A stretch of DNA of 64,000 bases from Chloroflexota bacterium (GTDB lineage: Bacteria; Chloroflexota; Anaerolineae; Anaerolineales; UBA11579): contig JABJGH010000030.1 of NCBI GenBank assembly GCA_018662365.1, positions 2,270 to 66,269 of the forward strand. Direction: 5' to 3'. Positions within the stretch are counted from its first letter, which is position 1. Each line of letters opens with the position of its first letter. Shown here piece by piece: positions 9,296-20,968 of the stretch. A model generated the notes under the pieces. That model did no database searches and was not told the origin of the DNA. It worked only from the letters and a program-made list of their open reading frames with translations. The translations under genes were made by a program, and so were the position numbers.

Positions 9296-10558
9296 TTAAT
9301 CTTCCCATTCCAATTCAAACTCGCCAATATTGATCATATGCCCGGGCTTTACCCCAGCATCCCGAAGCGCTTGATCAATCCCAATTGCTTCCATAATTCG
9401 TTGGAACCTGCGAACCGATTGGTCATGTTCCCAATATGTCATTGCAGCCGCCCGTTCGATTGATTTTCCAACTACTCGCCAATCCCCTGTTTCTGTTCGT
9501 TCAATACTAAATTCATTCGGATCAGTTTCTGATCGATAGACAGGTAATTCGGCAACAGCGGGCATCTCGGGAGCTGTCGACAGCAATTTGGCAGCTTTAT
9601 ATAGCAATTCGCGAACATTCGTCCCGGCAACTGCTGAAATAATATAGGGTTCGTAGCCATGCTTTTTTAGATCGGCTTCCAGGATCGGCCATCTTTCGAC
9701 TACGTCGGGAATATCTGCTTTGTTCACGGCGACTACTTGTAATTTTTTACCTAGATGCTCATCAAAAAGGGAAAGCTCACTATTTATTTGAAAGAAATCG
9801 GCAATGGGGTCTTCTGCAGTACCGTCTAATAAGTGGATCAGCACACGGGTTCTTTGAATATGTCGTAAGAAGTCGTGACCTAAGCCTACCCCTTCATGGG
9901 CACCTTCAATTAATCCGGGAATATCGGCTAATACCAATGTGTTATATTCATCCAATTCAGCAACGCCCAAATTTGGTTGGATCGTCGTGAAGGGATAGGA
10001 AGCAATTTTAGGCTTCGCGTTGGTTACAGATGCTAAAAACGTGGATTTTCCAGCATTTGGGACACCTACAATGCCTACATCGGCGATCAATTTGAGTTCA
10101 AGACGAACCGACCGCTCTTCCCCCGGTTCCCCTTTCTCGGCAGTTCTAGGGGTTTTGTTTCTAGAATTTGCAAAATGTATGTTTCCACGCCCCGCGCGCC
10201 CACCATTTGCTACGATCAGCCTTTGACCATTTTCTACAAGATCTCCTACCACTTCCCCGGTTTCATCATCGTAAACAATTGTTCCGGCTGGTACTTCGAT
10301 AAGTAGGTCATTTGCAGAACGACCTGTTTTTTTACTGGTTCCCCCTTTACCTCCATCTTCTGCGCGATGAACTCTTTGATTTCTAAAAGCAAAAAGTGTA
10401 TTTACATGCGGATTAACAACAAAAACTACATCTCCGCCCTTTCCACCATCTCCACCATCTGGTCCACCTCTTGGGACAAATTTTTCCCTTCGAAAATGGA
10501 CAATTCCATCCCCCCCCCTTCCAGATTGGACTGTAACTTTTGCTTCATCAATGAACAT
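9296..10558 (-). CDS. obgE: GTPase ObgE/CgtA with C-terminal DUF1967-type domain
   Basis: MFIDEA...GGPDGGDGG, GVPNAGKST, YPFTT, DIPG and NKAD motifs. Confidence 0.97.
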   Translation of the reverse strand: MFIDEAKVTVQSGRGGDGIVHFRREKFVPRGGPDGGDGGKGGDVVFVVNPHVNTLFAFRNQRVHRAEDGGKGGTSKKTGRSANDLLIEVPAGTIVYDDETGEVVGDLVENGQRLIVANGGRAGRGNIHFANSRNKTPRTAEKGEPGEERSVRLELKLIADVGIVGVPNAGKSTFLASVTNAKPKIASYPFTTIQPNLGVAELDEYNTLVLADIPGLIEGAHEGVGLGHDFLRHIQRTRVLIHLLDGTAEDPIADFFQINSELSLFDEHLGKKLQVVAVNKADIPDVVERWPILEADLKKHGYEPYIISAVAGTNVRELLYKAAKLLSTAPEMPAVAELPVYRSETDPNEFSIERTETGDWRVVGKSIERAAAMTYWEHDQSVRRFQRIMEAIGIDQALRDAGVKPGHMINIGEFELEWED

Positions 10559-10682
10559 AATTTAACCTAAATCTAACAAATTTTCTTTCTCAAATGCGCC
10601 CAATTATATCACCAAGCGACTGTATAGTATTATCGGCAAGAACCCATATTACTGGTCTCTTCTCCTCCTATTTGTATCCTTA

Positions 10683-10721
10683 TTGTACGGGATTGCACAA
10701 ATAATCGAATTATGGTAAAGT
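10683..10721 (+). promoter_or_regulatory. rex promoter with overlapping Rex-like operator
   Basis: TTGTACGGGATTGCACAA (10683-10700) fits the TTGT-N10-ACAA Rex frame; overlaps -35 TTGCAC, 17-nt spacer, extended -10 TG-G-TAAAGT. Confidence 0.55.
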
Positions 10722-10763
10722 GAAACTTATACCAGTATAGAAATCTAGAGAGGAAAACACAAA

Positions 10764-11381
10764 ATGAAAAAACCTATCCCAGATATTGTGATTGGTCGTT
10801 TACCTGTATATTTAAGGGCATTGCAACATATGATGGATGCAGGACGCTCGGTAACATCGTCCCAGGAATTAGGGGAAAGATTGGGAATATCCGCCGCACA
10901 GATCCGAAAAGATTTATCTCAATTTGGTGAATTTGGTAAGCAAGGAACCGGTTATACGATCGAATTTTTAGCTCAACAAATTCAAGCTATTTTGAAAATT
11001 GAAAAGGTTTGGGAAATTGCTTTGATTGGTGCTGGTGATATGGGTAATGCGCTTGCCGCCTACCAGGGGTTTAACCAACGCGGTTTCCACATTTCAAAGA
11101 TCTTTGATAGCGATCCAAATAAAATTGGCAAACAGATTGGGGATTATAAAGTCCTCAATATTGAGTCAATGGAATCTGAGATCAAGAAAGCTAATATTAA
11201 GATCGCAATGCTGGCAGTTCCCGCCTCAGTTGCCCAAGAAGTGACTGATAAATTAGTAGATGCAGGAATCAAGGCGATCCTAAATTATGCCCCAGTGAGC
11301 ATCAATGTGCCAGAAGGTGTGCGAAAACAATATATTGATCCTGCGGTCCACCTTCAAAGAATGAGTTATTATCTAAAATAA
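10764..11381 (+). CDS. rex: Redox-sensing transcriptional repressor Rex
   Basis: RLPVYLR, IRKDLS-x-FGEFGKQG-x-GY, GAG-x-MG-x-AL and ILNYAP motifs. Confidence 0.96.
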   Translation: MKKPIPDIVIGRLPVYLRALQHMMDAGRSVTSSQELGERLGISAAQIRKDLSQFGEFGKQGTGYTIEFLAQQIQAILKIEKVWEIALIGAGDMGNALAAYQGFNQRGFHISKIFDSDPNKIGKQIGDYKVLNIESMESEIKKANIKIAMLAVPASVAQEVTDKLVDAGIKAILNYAPVSINVPEGVRKQYIDPAVHLQRMSYYLK

Positions 11382-11395
11382 AAACTTTTAAAAAT

Positions 11396-11430
11396 AAAAA
11401 GAGCTGACTTGATCAGCTCTTTTTTTATTT
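11396..11430. terminator. Bidirectional intrinsic terminator between rex and the mreB-like gene
   Basis: AAAAAGAGCTGA-CTTGA-TCAGCTCTTTTT with A/T runs on both sides, between convergent genes. Confidence 0.85.
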
Positions 11431-11455
11431 AATTCAAATTATATTTTTCTTGGAC

Positions 11456-12469
11456 TTAGTATCTTGGTAAATTACGCTGCAAGGCCGGGAAAATTTCTAG
11501 TGCTTTCACCGCACCTTCCACCACACATGTCACTGGATTATCCACCAAATATGTGGGAATCCCTAATTTTTGCGTGGTTAATTTATCTAACCCTCGTAAT
11601 AAGGCTCCGCCCCCACATAAGGCAATTCCTCTATCAATGATATCGGATGCTAATTCAGGAGGTGTTCTCTCTAATACTAAGCGGATTGATTCAAATATTT
11701 TATCTAAGGGTTCTTCGAGCGCTTCAACTACTTCGCTGGTGGTCAAGGTAAAGGGCTTTGGTAAACCGCTGACTTGGTCTTGCCCTTGAAGTTCCATACT
11801 TTTTTCTTCGTCTTGAGGAACAGCCGCACCAATTTGGATTTTAATTTGTTCAGCAGTGGGAGCGCCAATGATCAATCCATATTTTTTTCTCACATAGCTC
11901 ACAATGGCTTCATCTAAATTTAATCCACCCTCACGTAAGGTTTCCCCCGAAACAATATCATACATTGCTAAAACGGCAGATTGGGTACATCCGCCACCCA
12001 TGATGACGACCATATTGCCTGCAGGTGTGCCGATTGGTAAATCTATCCCTAAAGCCGCAGAGATTGGTTGAGGAACCATATGTGCAGAAGAATTTCTCCC
12101 TAATGCGACCAGAGTGGCTTCGTGAACCGCACGGCTTTCGACACTGGTAATGCCGTAGGGATGGGTAACCATGACTTGAGGTTTGAAAAACCTCAATTTT
12201 CCGGTTACTTGTTCGATCATCAATCTTAGAAAACTATGGGTATATTCGTAATATGCGACGACCCCATTTCTTAAAGGCCGGGCGATTTCCATGTTGTCAG
12301 AAACACGGCCAAGCATATTTAGAGCTGCCTGGCCTACTTCAACAATTTTTTGTTCTTCAATGTCTACAGCAACTACTGTGGGTTCTTGAAGCAAGACTTG
12401 GTCTCCCTCGGCAATCCGCGTAAACATAGTGCCGATGTCAATCCCAAGTTCTTTTGATAGTAAAGCCAT
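11456..12469 (-). CDS. MreB/Mbl-family actin homolog with degenerate ATPase motifs
   Basis: GID-x-GT, EPTVVA, RPL-x-x-GV, AEQIK-x-x-IG, LE-x-TPPEL-x-x-DIIDRGI-x-L-x-GGGALL; but EEP reads PQP and DIGGGTTE reads IMGGGCTQ. Confidence 0.88.
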   Translation of the reverse strand: MALLSKELGIDIGTMFTRIAEGDQVLLQEPTVVAVDIEEQKIVEVGQAALNMLGRVSDNMEIARPLRNGVVAYYEYTHSFLRLMIEQVTGKLRFFKPQVMVTHPYGITSVESRAVHEATLVALGRNSSAHMVPQPISAALGIDLPIGTPAGNMVVIMGGGCTQSAVLAMYDIVSGETLREGGLNLDEAIVSYVRKKYGLIIGAPTAEQIKIQIGAAVPQDEEKSMELQGQDQVSGLPKPFTLTTSEVVEALEEPLDKIFESIRLVLERTPPELASDIIDRGIALCGGGALLRGLDKLTTQKLGIPTYLVDNPVTCVVEGAVKALEIFPALQRNLPRY

Positions 12470-12472
12470 TAT

Positions 12473-12928
12473 TTAATTAGGGTCCTGGCGATCCATTTTT
12501 CGGAGTTGTGCACGTCCTGAACGATATTTGCGAACCGCTTCTAACCGAAGATTTGATCGCCTTAATGCAGATTCTAGCGCTAAATATTGATCGAGATCAC
12601 CCTCAGGTGCATCACCTTCAAGTCTTTCTTCCGCACGTCTTTTTGCCTCTTCCGCTCTGGCGAGGTCAATCTCTTCAACGCTTTCAGCTGCATCAGCTAA
12701 AATCGTAACAATGTCTGGCTGCACTTCAACCACGCCACCGGTAACCGTAAATACTTCCTCGGTATCATCTGTGCGCACTCTAATCACACCCAAGTTAAGT
12801 GTAGATAACAAAGGAGCGTGTTTTTCTAAGATACCCATTTCTCCATCAGTTCCAGGGAGAACGACGATATCTACATCACCTTCAAATACCAGGCGGTCTT
12901 GTGAGACGATCTCACACCGAATGGTCAT
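12473..12928 (-). CDS. atpC: F1 ATP synthase subunit epsilon
   Basis: GEMGIL-x-x-HAPL, V-x-GG-x-x-EV and ILADAAE...ID-x-x-RAEEA motifs. Confidence 0.95.
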   Translation of the reverse strand: MTIRCEIVSQDRLVFEGDVDIVVLPGTDGEMGILEKHAPLLSTLNLGVIRVRTDDTEEVFTVTGGVVEVQPDIVTILADAAESVEEIDLARAEEAKRRAEERLEGDAPEGDLDQYLALESALRRSNLRLEAVRKYRSGRAQLRKMDRQDPN

Positions 12929-12940
12929 GGGATACCTCTC

Positions 12941-15258
<2,318 letters not shown>

Positions 15259-15280
15259 AGTCTAGTCGCCTAGAAGGATA

Positions 15281-16936
15281 TTAGGACCAAGTGGAATTGA
15301 ATGCATCGAGAGCAGTATTCAATTTACTGGTCAATTCTTTTGATAATTTATTGCCCGTGGCAATTTCACTTACGATATTTGGGTGAGAAGTGTCCATGTA
15401 TCGGACCAAATCAGCTTCCCATTCTTTAATTCGTTCAACTTCAACATCGTCCGCATAACCATTGGTTCCTGCATAAATAGCAATAACCATATCTGCTAAG
15501 GATGTGGGTTGATATTGTGCTTGTTTTAGAATTTCCTGCATACGCTGGCCGTTATTCAATTGGTTTTGCGTTGCTTGATCGAGACTTGAACCAAATTGGG
15601 CAAAGGCTGCCAGTTCACGGAAGGCTGCCATTACCAAGCGCATACCACCTGCTACTTGCTTCATTGCAGGAGTTTGAGCGTCACCACCCACCCGGGAGAC
15701 AGACAACCCGGCGTTTACGGCTGGGCGAATACCGGCATTGAACAGGTTCCCTTCCAAATAGATCTGACCATCGGTGATGGAGATCACGTTGGTGGGCACA
15801 TAGGCCGAAACATCACCCAAAAGGGTTTCAATAATCGGCAAAGCGGTGAGTGAACCACCAGATCCAGCAAGCTTGACAAGTTTACCGTCGCCGCCTAAAG
15901 CTTCTAATGCTTCAGTGGCATAATGTTCTGCGACAGGGCCCGTATAGGCCTTGCCGTCTACGGAATCCTCTAGGGTAGCAGTATCACCGGAATAGTCTTT
16001 CTTGGTGAGCACATAATTATCTGCCAATCGGGCAGCTCTTTCTAATAATCGGGAATGGAGATAGAACACATCACCTGGATATGCTTCACGTCCTGGTGGG
16101 CGGCGTAGGAGCAATGAAACTTGGCGATAAGCCCAAGCATGCTTGGAAAGGTCATCATAAATAATCAGTGCATCGCGCCCAGTTTCCATGAACTCTTCAC
16201 CCATTGCACATCCAGCATAGGGGGCAATATATTGCAAGGCTGCGGGTTCATCAGCTGCGGCGATTAAGATGATCGTATTTTCCATAGCTCCGGCATCTTC
16301 TAAGATAGCCATTGTTCGAGCAATCGCAGCTTTCTTTTGACCGATCGCCACATAAATACAAACCAAGTCTTTATCTTTTTGATTGATGATCGTGTCAATT
16401 GCCAAGGCGGTTTTACCCGTTTGGCGATCTCCAATGATCAACTCACGTTGTCCACGTCCTACAGGTGTTAATGCGTCGATCGCCTTAATTCCAGTTTGAA
16501 CGGGTGTGTCCACATCTTTTCGTTGGATAACACCGGGAGCAATTCGCTCAATCGGTCTAAATCCGGTGGATTGAATGGGGCCTTTGCCATCGACTGGTTC
16601 ACCGAGAGCATTCACAACTCGTCCAAGTAGGCCATCGCCAACGGGAACGGAAGCAATTCGACCTGTGGAACGAACTGTCATACCTTCTTCAATTGCGGAA
16701 AATTCACCCATAATGATGATACCGACGTTGTCGGCTTCAAGGTTGAAGGCAATGCCCATCACACCATTTTCAAACTGAACCAACTCTTGGGCTTGGACTT
16801 CTTCCAAACCTGAAGCTAACGCAATTCCGTCACCGGCTTGCATAACGGTACCGACATCGCGCAGTTCTAAATCAGAAGAGAAGTCATCAATTTGTTTTTG
16901 CAGACTTGCAGAAATATCTTTGATCAGTTCAGACAT
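15281..16936 (-). CDS. atpA: F1 ATP synthase subunit alpha with large internal insertion
   Basis: [33 protein letters not shown] and VSRVGG motifs. Confidence 0.98.
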   Translation of the reverse strand: MSELIKDISASLQKQIDDFSSDLELRDVGTVMQAGDGIALASGLEEVQAQELVQFENGVMGIAFNLEADNVGIIIMGEFSAIEEGMTVRSTGRIASVPVGDGLLGRVVNALGEPVDGKGPIQSTGFRPIERIAPGVIQRKDVDTPVQTGIKAIDALTPVGRGQRELIIGDRQTGKTALAIDTIINQKDKDLVCIYVAIGQKKAAIARTMAILEDAGAMENTIILIAAADEPAALQYIAPYAGCAMGEEFMETGRDALIIYDDLSKHAWAYRQVSLLLRRPPGREAYPGDVFYLHSRLLERAARLADNYVLTKKDYSGDTATLEDSVDGKAYTGPVAEHYATEALEALGGDGKLVKLAGSGGSLTALPIIETLLGDVSAYVPTNVISITDGQIYLEGNLFNAGIRPAVNAGLSVSRVGGDAQTPAMKQVAGGMRLVMAAFRELAAFAQFGSSLDQATQNQLNNGQRMQEILKQAQYQPTSLADMVIAIYAGTNGYADDVEVERIKEWEADLVRYMDTSHPNIVSEIATGNKLSKELTSKLNTALDAFNSTWS

Positions 16937-17138
16937 TTAGTTTCTCCGTACACGGTTTTTTGCTCTGAAAACCTTCGTAAAAGGTCTTTCAGGCAACCTA
17001 GATCAGAATTTTTTCGACCTAAGTGAGTGTTTACAGCAACAACCTATTTCACCGAAAACAATATAAACTTTTCGGTGAATAAAAGGCTTTTCTATATTAA
17101 ATATTGGCGTATGGGCCTTTGCAGACACATGCGCACAA

Positions 17139-17178
17139 ATCATACCTGAAAGGAGATTATTTGTCTAGCTTTTCACAA
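17139..17178 (-). promoter_or_regulatory. atpAGDC promoter with Rex-like operator over the -35
   Basis: Minus strand TTGTGAAAAGCTAGACAA (17178-17161; 2 mismatches to TTGTGAA-N4-TTCACAA), -35 TAGACA, 17-nt spacer, -10 TATGAT. Confidence 0.7.
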
Positions 17179-17220
17179 TTTCGAGGCTTCATAGAGACTT
17201 TTTTTAGTCCAAAAGTATGA

Positions 17221-17787
17221 TCAAAAGCCCTTGGGTTTATAATCAAATTTATCTGTTCGGTCAGAGGTTAATTCTTTCCCACTCCATTCATCAATTTCTA
17301 TTTTATACACACCTGTTCGAATGAGGTCTTCGGTTTGAATTGGCGAATAATCTTTTCCTGATTCATACATATAGAAGAATTTTTCCATCAACGCTTCCAA
17401 TCCTAATAGAATATCGGTTTTATCCGTTTGCTCGTTCGCTTTTCCAAATATAGTCACAGATTGGTAGTCTAAACCAAATTCCACTGCTTTTTCATCTGGC
17501 ACCAATTGCCCCATCTCAAAAACGTTCACACTTACCTGAGGATTCAGGTCAATATTTGCACGCAAACGCCCTACTTTTGCGCCATGGAAATATATGGCAT
17601 TTTTGTCTTCCACATATACAAAACTAATGGGTGTTGCGAATGCCTGATCTTGGTTCACACTGGCAATGGTTGCGATGGGTGTTCGGGTCAATAAACTTTT
17701 AATCCACTCTTCATTTTGGATTGCGGATTTTTCTCTTCGTACTTCAGACCGGCCTTTGCGAGAATATTTTTCTGTGTTTTTGTTCAT
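17221..17787 (-). CDS. Pyridoxamine 5'-phosphate oxidase-like / NimA-like flavin-binding protein
   Basis: P-x-SFVY, IYFHGA-x-x-GR, NP-x-V, Y-x-SV-x-IFG and WSGK motifs. Confidence 0.85.
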   Translation of the reverse strand: MNKNTEKYSRKGRSEVRREKSAIQNEEWIKSLLTRTPIATIASVNQDQAFATPISFVYVEDKNAIYFHGAKVGRLRANIDLNPQVSVNVFEMGQLVPDEKAVEFGLDYQSVTIFGKANEQTDKTDILLGLEALMEKFFYMYESGKDYSPIQTEDLIRTGVYKIEIDEWSGKELTSDRTDKFDYKPKGF

Positions 17788-17802
17788 AGTTCTCTACCCT
17801 AA

Positions 17803-18954
17803 TTATTTTTTAAGTGCTTTTTCCATTCTTTCTAAGGCTTCTTTTAATTGTGCTCTTGGACAACCAAAATTCAAACGCACGAACCCCTTGCCACCATTCC
17901 CAAACCATTCCCCATCATTTAGTTCCACCTTTGCATGTTGGTGAAAAAACTCCTTGGGATTTCCCTCAATATTAGCCTCGCGACAATCTAACCATGCCAA
18001 ATATGTACCCTGGGGCTTGGTCATCTTAATCCCGGCGAGTCTATTTTTGACAAATTCATAAGTATACTCACGGTTGGCTTCCAAATATAGGAGTAGCTCT
18101 TTTAGCCAAGACTCCCCCTTTTGATATGCAGCCACCAAGGCAGTATAACCAAAAGCATTGGTCCAGCTGACTAATCCGTGGGTCGAATTCTGAACTAATT
18201 CTCTTAATTCCTCATTCGGAATAATCGCGGTAGCCGCTTTGAGTCCAGCCAAATTAAATGTTTTGCTGGCAGCCATAAAAGTGATCGTAATTTTTGATAC
18301 TTCCTCACTTAATGTAGCAATCGGAATGTGGCTATTTCCAGGATAGACAAGGTCACTATGGACTTCATCCGAACAGATATAAATGCCGTTTTTCAAACAA
18401 ATTTCAGCTAAAGATTCTAATTCTTCTTTGGTAAAAACACGCCCAGTCGGATTATGGGGATTGCAAAGCATAAATATCTTGGTATTTGGTTTAATCGCTG
18501 ATTCAAATGCTTCGAGGTCTAAGATATATTGACCATCTTCCCCTTGAATCAGTTTCGCTTCATGTTGCTCCAATCCTGCATTCGCGGCAACCTCTAAAAA
18601 TGGGCCATAGGCCGGTGTCTGCAATAATATACCTTCACCTGGTTTGGTGACTGCTTGGGCTACCAAATTAAATCCGATCACTACGGAAGGCATCAACATT
18701 ATTTGCTCGGGGGAGACCTGCCAACGATGGTGTTTCCTGACCCAATTTGAAACGGCCAGTTGCCCTTCGTCGGTATCACATGGGTAACCAAATATGCCAT
18801 GATCTACAGAATTTGCCAGAGCTTCGCGAACTGCGGGCGGTGATTGAAAATCCATATCGGCAACCCACATGGGCAATATATCCTCAGAAAAATTATCCCA
18901 CTTAGCTGAGTTGGATCCCCTTCTTTCAATTTCTTTATCAAAATTGAATTTCAT
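17803..18954 (-). CDS. MalY/PatB family PLP-dependent cystathionine beta-lyase
   Basis: LPMWVADMDF, CNPHNPTG, SDEVH, SKTFNLAG, GTYLAWLD and RLNFGC motifs. Confidence 0.93.
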   Translation of the reverse strand: MKFNFDKEIERRGSNSAKWDNFSEDILPMWVADMDFQSPPAVREALANSVDHGIFGYPCDTDEGQLAVSNWVRKHHRWQVSPEQIMLMPSVVIGFNLVAQAVTKPGEGILLQTPAYGPFLEVAANAGLEQHEAKLIQGEDGQYILDLEAFESAIKPNTKIFMLCNPHNPTGRVFTKEELESLAEICLKNGIYICSDEVHSDLVYPGNSHIPIATLSEEVSKITITFMAASKTFNLAGLKAATAIIPNEELRELVQNSTHGLVSWTNAFGYTALVAAYQKGESWLKELLLYLEANREYTYEFVKNRLAGIKMTKPQGTYLAWLDCREANIEGNPKEFFHQHAKVELNDGEWFGNGGKGFVRLNFGCPRAQLKEALERMEKALKK

Positions 18955-18968
18955 TTAGGTGATTCCTA

Positions 18969-19814
18969 TTATTCACTCGAAGGAGCAGATGATTTCCCCT
19001 TTCCAAGAGCCACAGATTTTTCATATGCCGCCCAAACTGCTCGAGAAATTGCAGTTCGAAAACCAGCTTTTTCAAGGAAATAAATCGCCTCAGCAGATGT
19101 TCCTCCCGGAGAGGTGACCTGATTCCTAAGCCTTGCAAGATGTCGGTGTTCATCATGGAGGTCATAATAATTGACCGAGCCACGGATGGTTTCGATAACT
19201 AATTTTTCGGCTATTCTCCGGGAAAATCCCAAATGGACACCTGCATCCACCATGGCTTCCATAAATAAGTACACATAAGCTGGACCGGTTCCTGAGAGGG
19301 CGGTGGCCTTATCTAAAAATTCTTCCTCTTCCACATAAATTTCATCTCCTAACCCGGTGAGCATTTGACGAGCAAGCTCACGTTCTTCGTCGGAGACTGT
19401 AATGGAGGATGTCCAAACCGTGATTCCTTCTCCAATTCGAGCGGGCGTATTCGGCATCGCCCTTACTATATTTTCATGCCCCAATGCTTCTTTAATTTTT
19501 TGAATTGGTCCACCGGCAACGATTGAAATCACAAGTGCATTTTCTTGAATTGTTCCCTTAATACTATCCAGTGCTCTATCCAACCGCTGTGGTTTTACAG
19601 ATATCACCACTACTTCGGCATTTTTAGCCGCAAGGTCATTTTCGGTAAAGGGAAGAATCCCATAGCGCTCTTGTAATTCTTTTCCGCGCTCTTCTCGTGG
19701 CCCAGCCGCCAGCAGATCTTCAGCCTTTACAAGTTCTTTTTTTAGCATGCCCGCAATAATTGCCTGAGCCATCATTCCTGAGCCAATAAAGGCAATTTTT
19801 TTATTCAACAGCAT
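18969..19814 (-). CDS. proC: Pyrroline-5-carboxylate reductase
   Basis: FIG-x-G-x-MA, VKPQ, RAMPNTP, ALSG-x-GPAY and VTSPGGT motifs. Confidence 0.95.
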   Translation of the reverse strand: MLLNKKIAFIGSGMMAQAIIAGMLKKELVKAEDLLAAGPREERGKELQERYGILPFTENDLAAKNAEVVVISVKPQRLDRALDSIKGTIQENALVISIVAGGPIQKIKEALGHENIVRAMPNTPARIGEGITVWTSSITVSDEERELARQMLTGLGDEIYVEEEEFLDKATALSGTGPAYVYLFMEAMVDAGVHLGFSRRIAEKLVIETIRGSVNYYDLHDEHRHLARLRNQVTSPGGTSAEAIYFLEKAGFRTAISRAVWAAYEKSVALGKGKSSAPSSE

Positions 19815-20020
19815 CCTCTCACTCCTTCAAATTCTTTCATTAATGACCACATATTTCATTCTTATTCCAGAAATAAATATTCTTTCTATTATAAGGGAAT
19901 TCAAAAACTTATCCTATGATTTAGGGCGCATTGGATAAACTAAATATAAGAAATTATCCAGGGGGGCGATCTTTGAAAACATAAAATGCGATATAATTGT
20001 TGTTTGATATGTGAGCCCAT

Positions 20021-20869
20021 ATGACAAGCAAAAAACGACAAAAAAAATCAAACAATGGTAATAAATTCCTAATTGCGGACGATGAATTAACCAGATTGCG
20101 AATTAGGCTGAACAAAAAACAGGAATACATTGCGATCCTGGAACTTGAGCTATTTAACACTCGGGCAGCCCTCTACGAATATCAAATTCTATATAATGAA
20201 CGTATCCTTCCCATCGAAGAAAATTTGCGAAGGCTTCGCCGTTTCCTCTATGAAGCGCTAAATGCACAACAGAGCAATGGCTCCGAAGAGGAAAAACCTG
20301 ATTTCTCTGAAGAGGATGATGACGAATTCTATTACCAAGACAAAGCCGAGGAAGAATGGCGAAAGGTTGGGAAAGAAAATAAGGCAAAGGACCCACATAC
20401 CGAAGAAAAAATTCGTAAGCTCTTTCACGAATTGGCTAAACGATTTCACCCTGATCTTACAATAGACCCAGAAGAGAAAAAGTATCGTCAAGAGGTAATG
20501 ACTAAAGTAAATCAAGCCTACTCACAGCGAGACCTAAAATCTCTCCAAGCTTTGGCCGAACAACCCGACCGTCCAGCACCCTCTTCAATCCAATCCAAAG
20601 AAGACGAAATTGACACACTCAAAACAGAGTTGTTTAGGCTAGACGGGGTAATTGCTGAGTTGAAAGCTAGCATCCATCATTTAGAAGAATCCCCCGCCAT
20701 GAGATTAGTTTTAGAGGGCAGGGTTCAACGCAGAAATGGCAAAGATTTACTCACCGAAATGGAAAGTAAACTCAATGAGCAAGTGGCAGATCTACAAGAG
20801 CATCTCATTGTTCTTGGGGTGGATTTTGAATCCGTCTCTGAAGTTGATCAGGAACCTGCTGGGGATTAG
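20021..20869 (+). CDS. J-domain (HPD) protein flanked by coiled coils
   Basis: IRKLFHELAKRFHPDL...M-x-x-VNQAY core with heptad-rich flanks. Confidence 0.75.
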   Translation: MTSKKRQKKSNNGNKFLIADDELTRLRIRLNKKQEYIAILELELFNTRAALYEYQILYNERILPIEENLRRLRRFLYEALNAQQSNGSEEEKPDFSEEDDDEFYYQDKAEEEWRKVGKENKAKDPHTEEKIRKLFHELAKRFHPDLTIDPEEKKYRQEVMTKVNQAYSQRDLKSLQALAEQPDRPAPSSIQSKEDEIDTLKTELFRLDGVIAELKASIHHLEESPAMRLVLEGRVQRRNGKDLLTEMESKLNEQVADLQEHLIVLGVDFESVSEVDQEPAGD

Positions 20870-20907
20870 AAAGCGAAACAATACAATTGTTCAATATAAA
20901 ATAATAC

Positions 20908-20944
20908 AAAACGGGCTTGCTAAAATCTAAGCAAGCTCGTTTTT
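20908..20944. terminator. Bidirectional intrinsic terminator
   Basis: AAAACGGGCTTGC-loop-GCAAGCTCGTTTTT between convergent genes. Confidence 0.75.
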
Positions 20945-20968
20945 ACAAAGGAGGGAAGTTGTTAAATA

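Noticed and set aside
17003-17143. 46-codon Cys-rich minus-strand ORF in the atpA leader as an atpH remnant or leader peptide
   Set aside because: Its ATG lies inside the predicted -10 element, it has no RBS, and it shows no delta similarity
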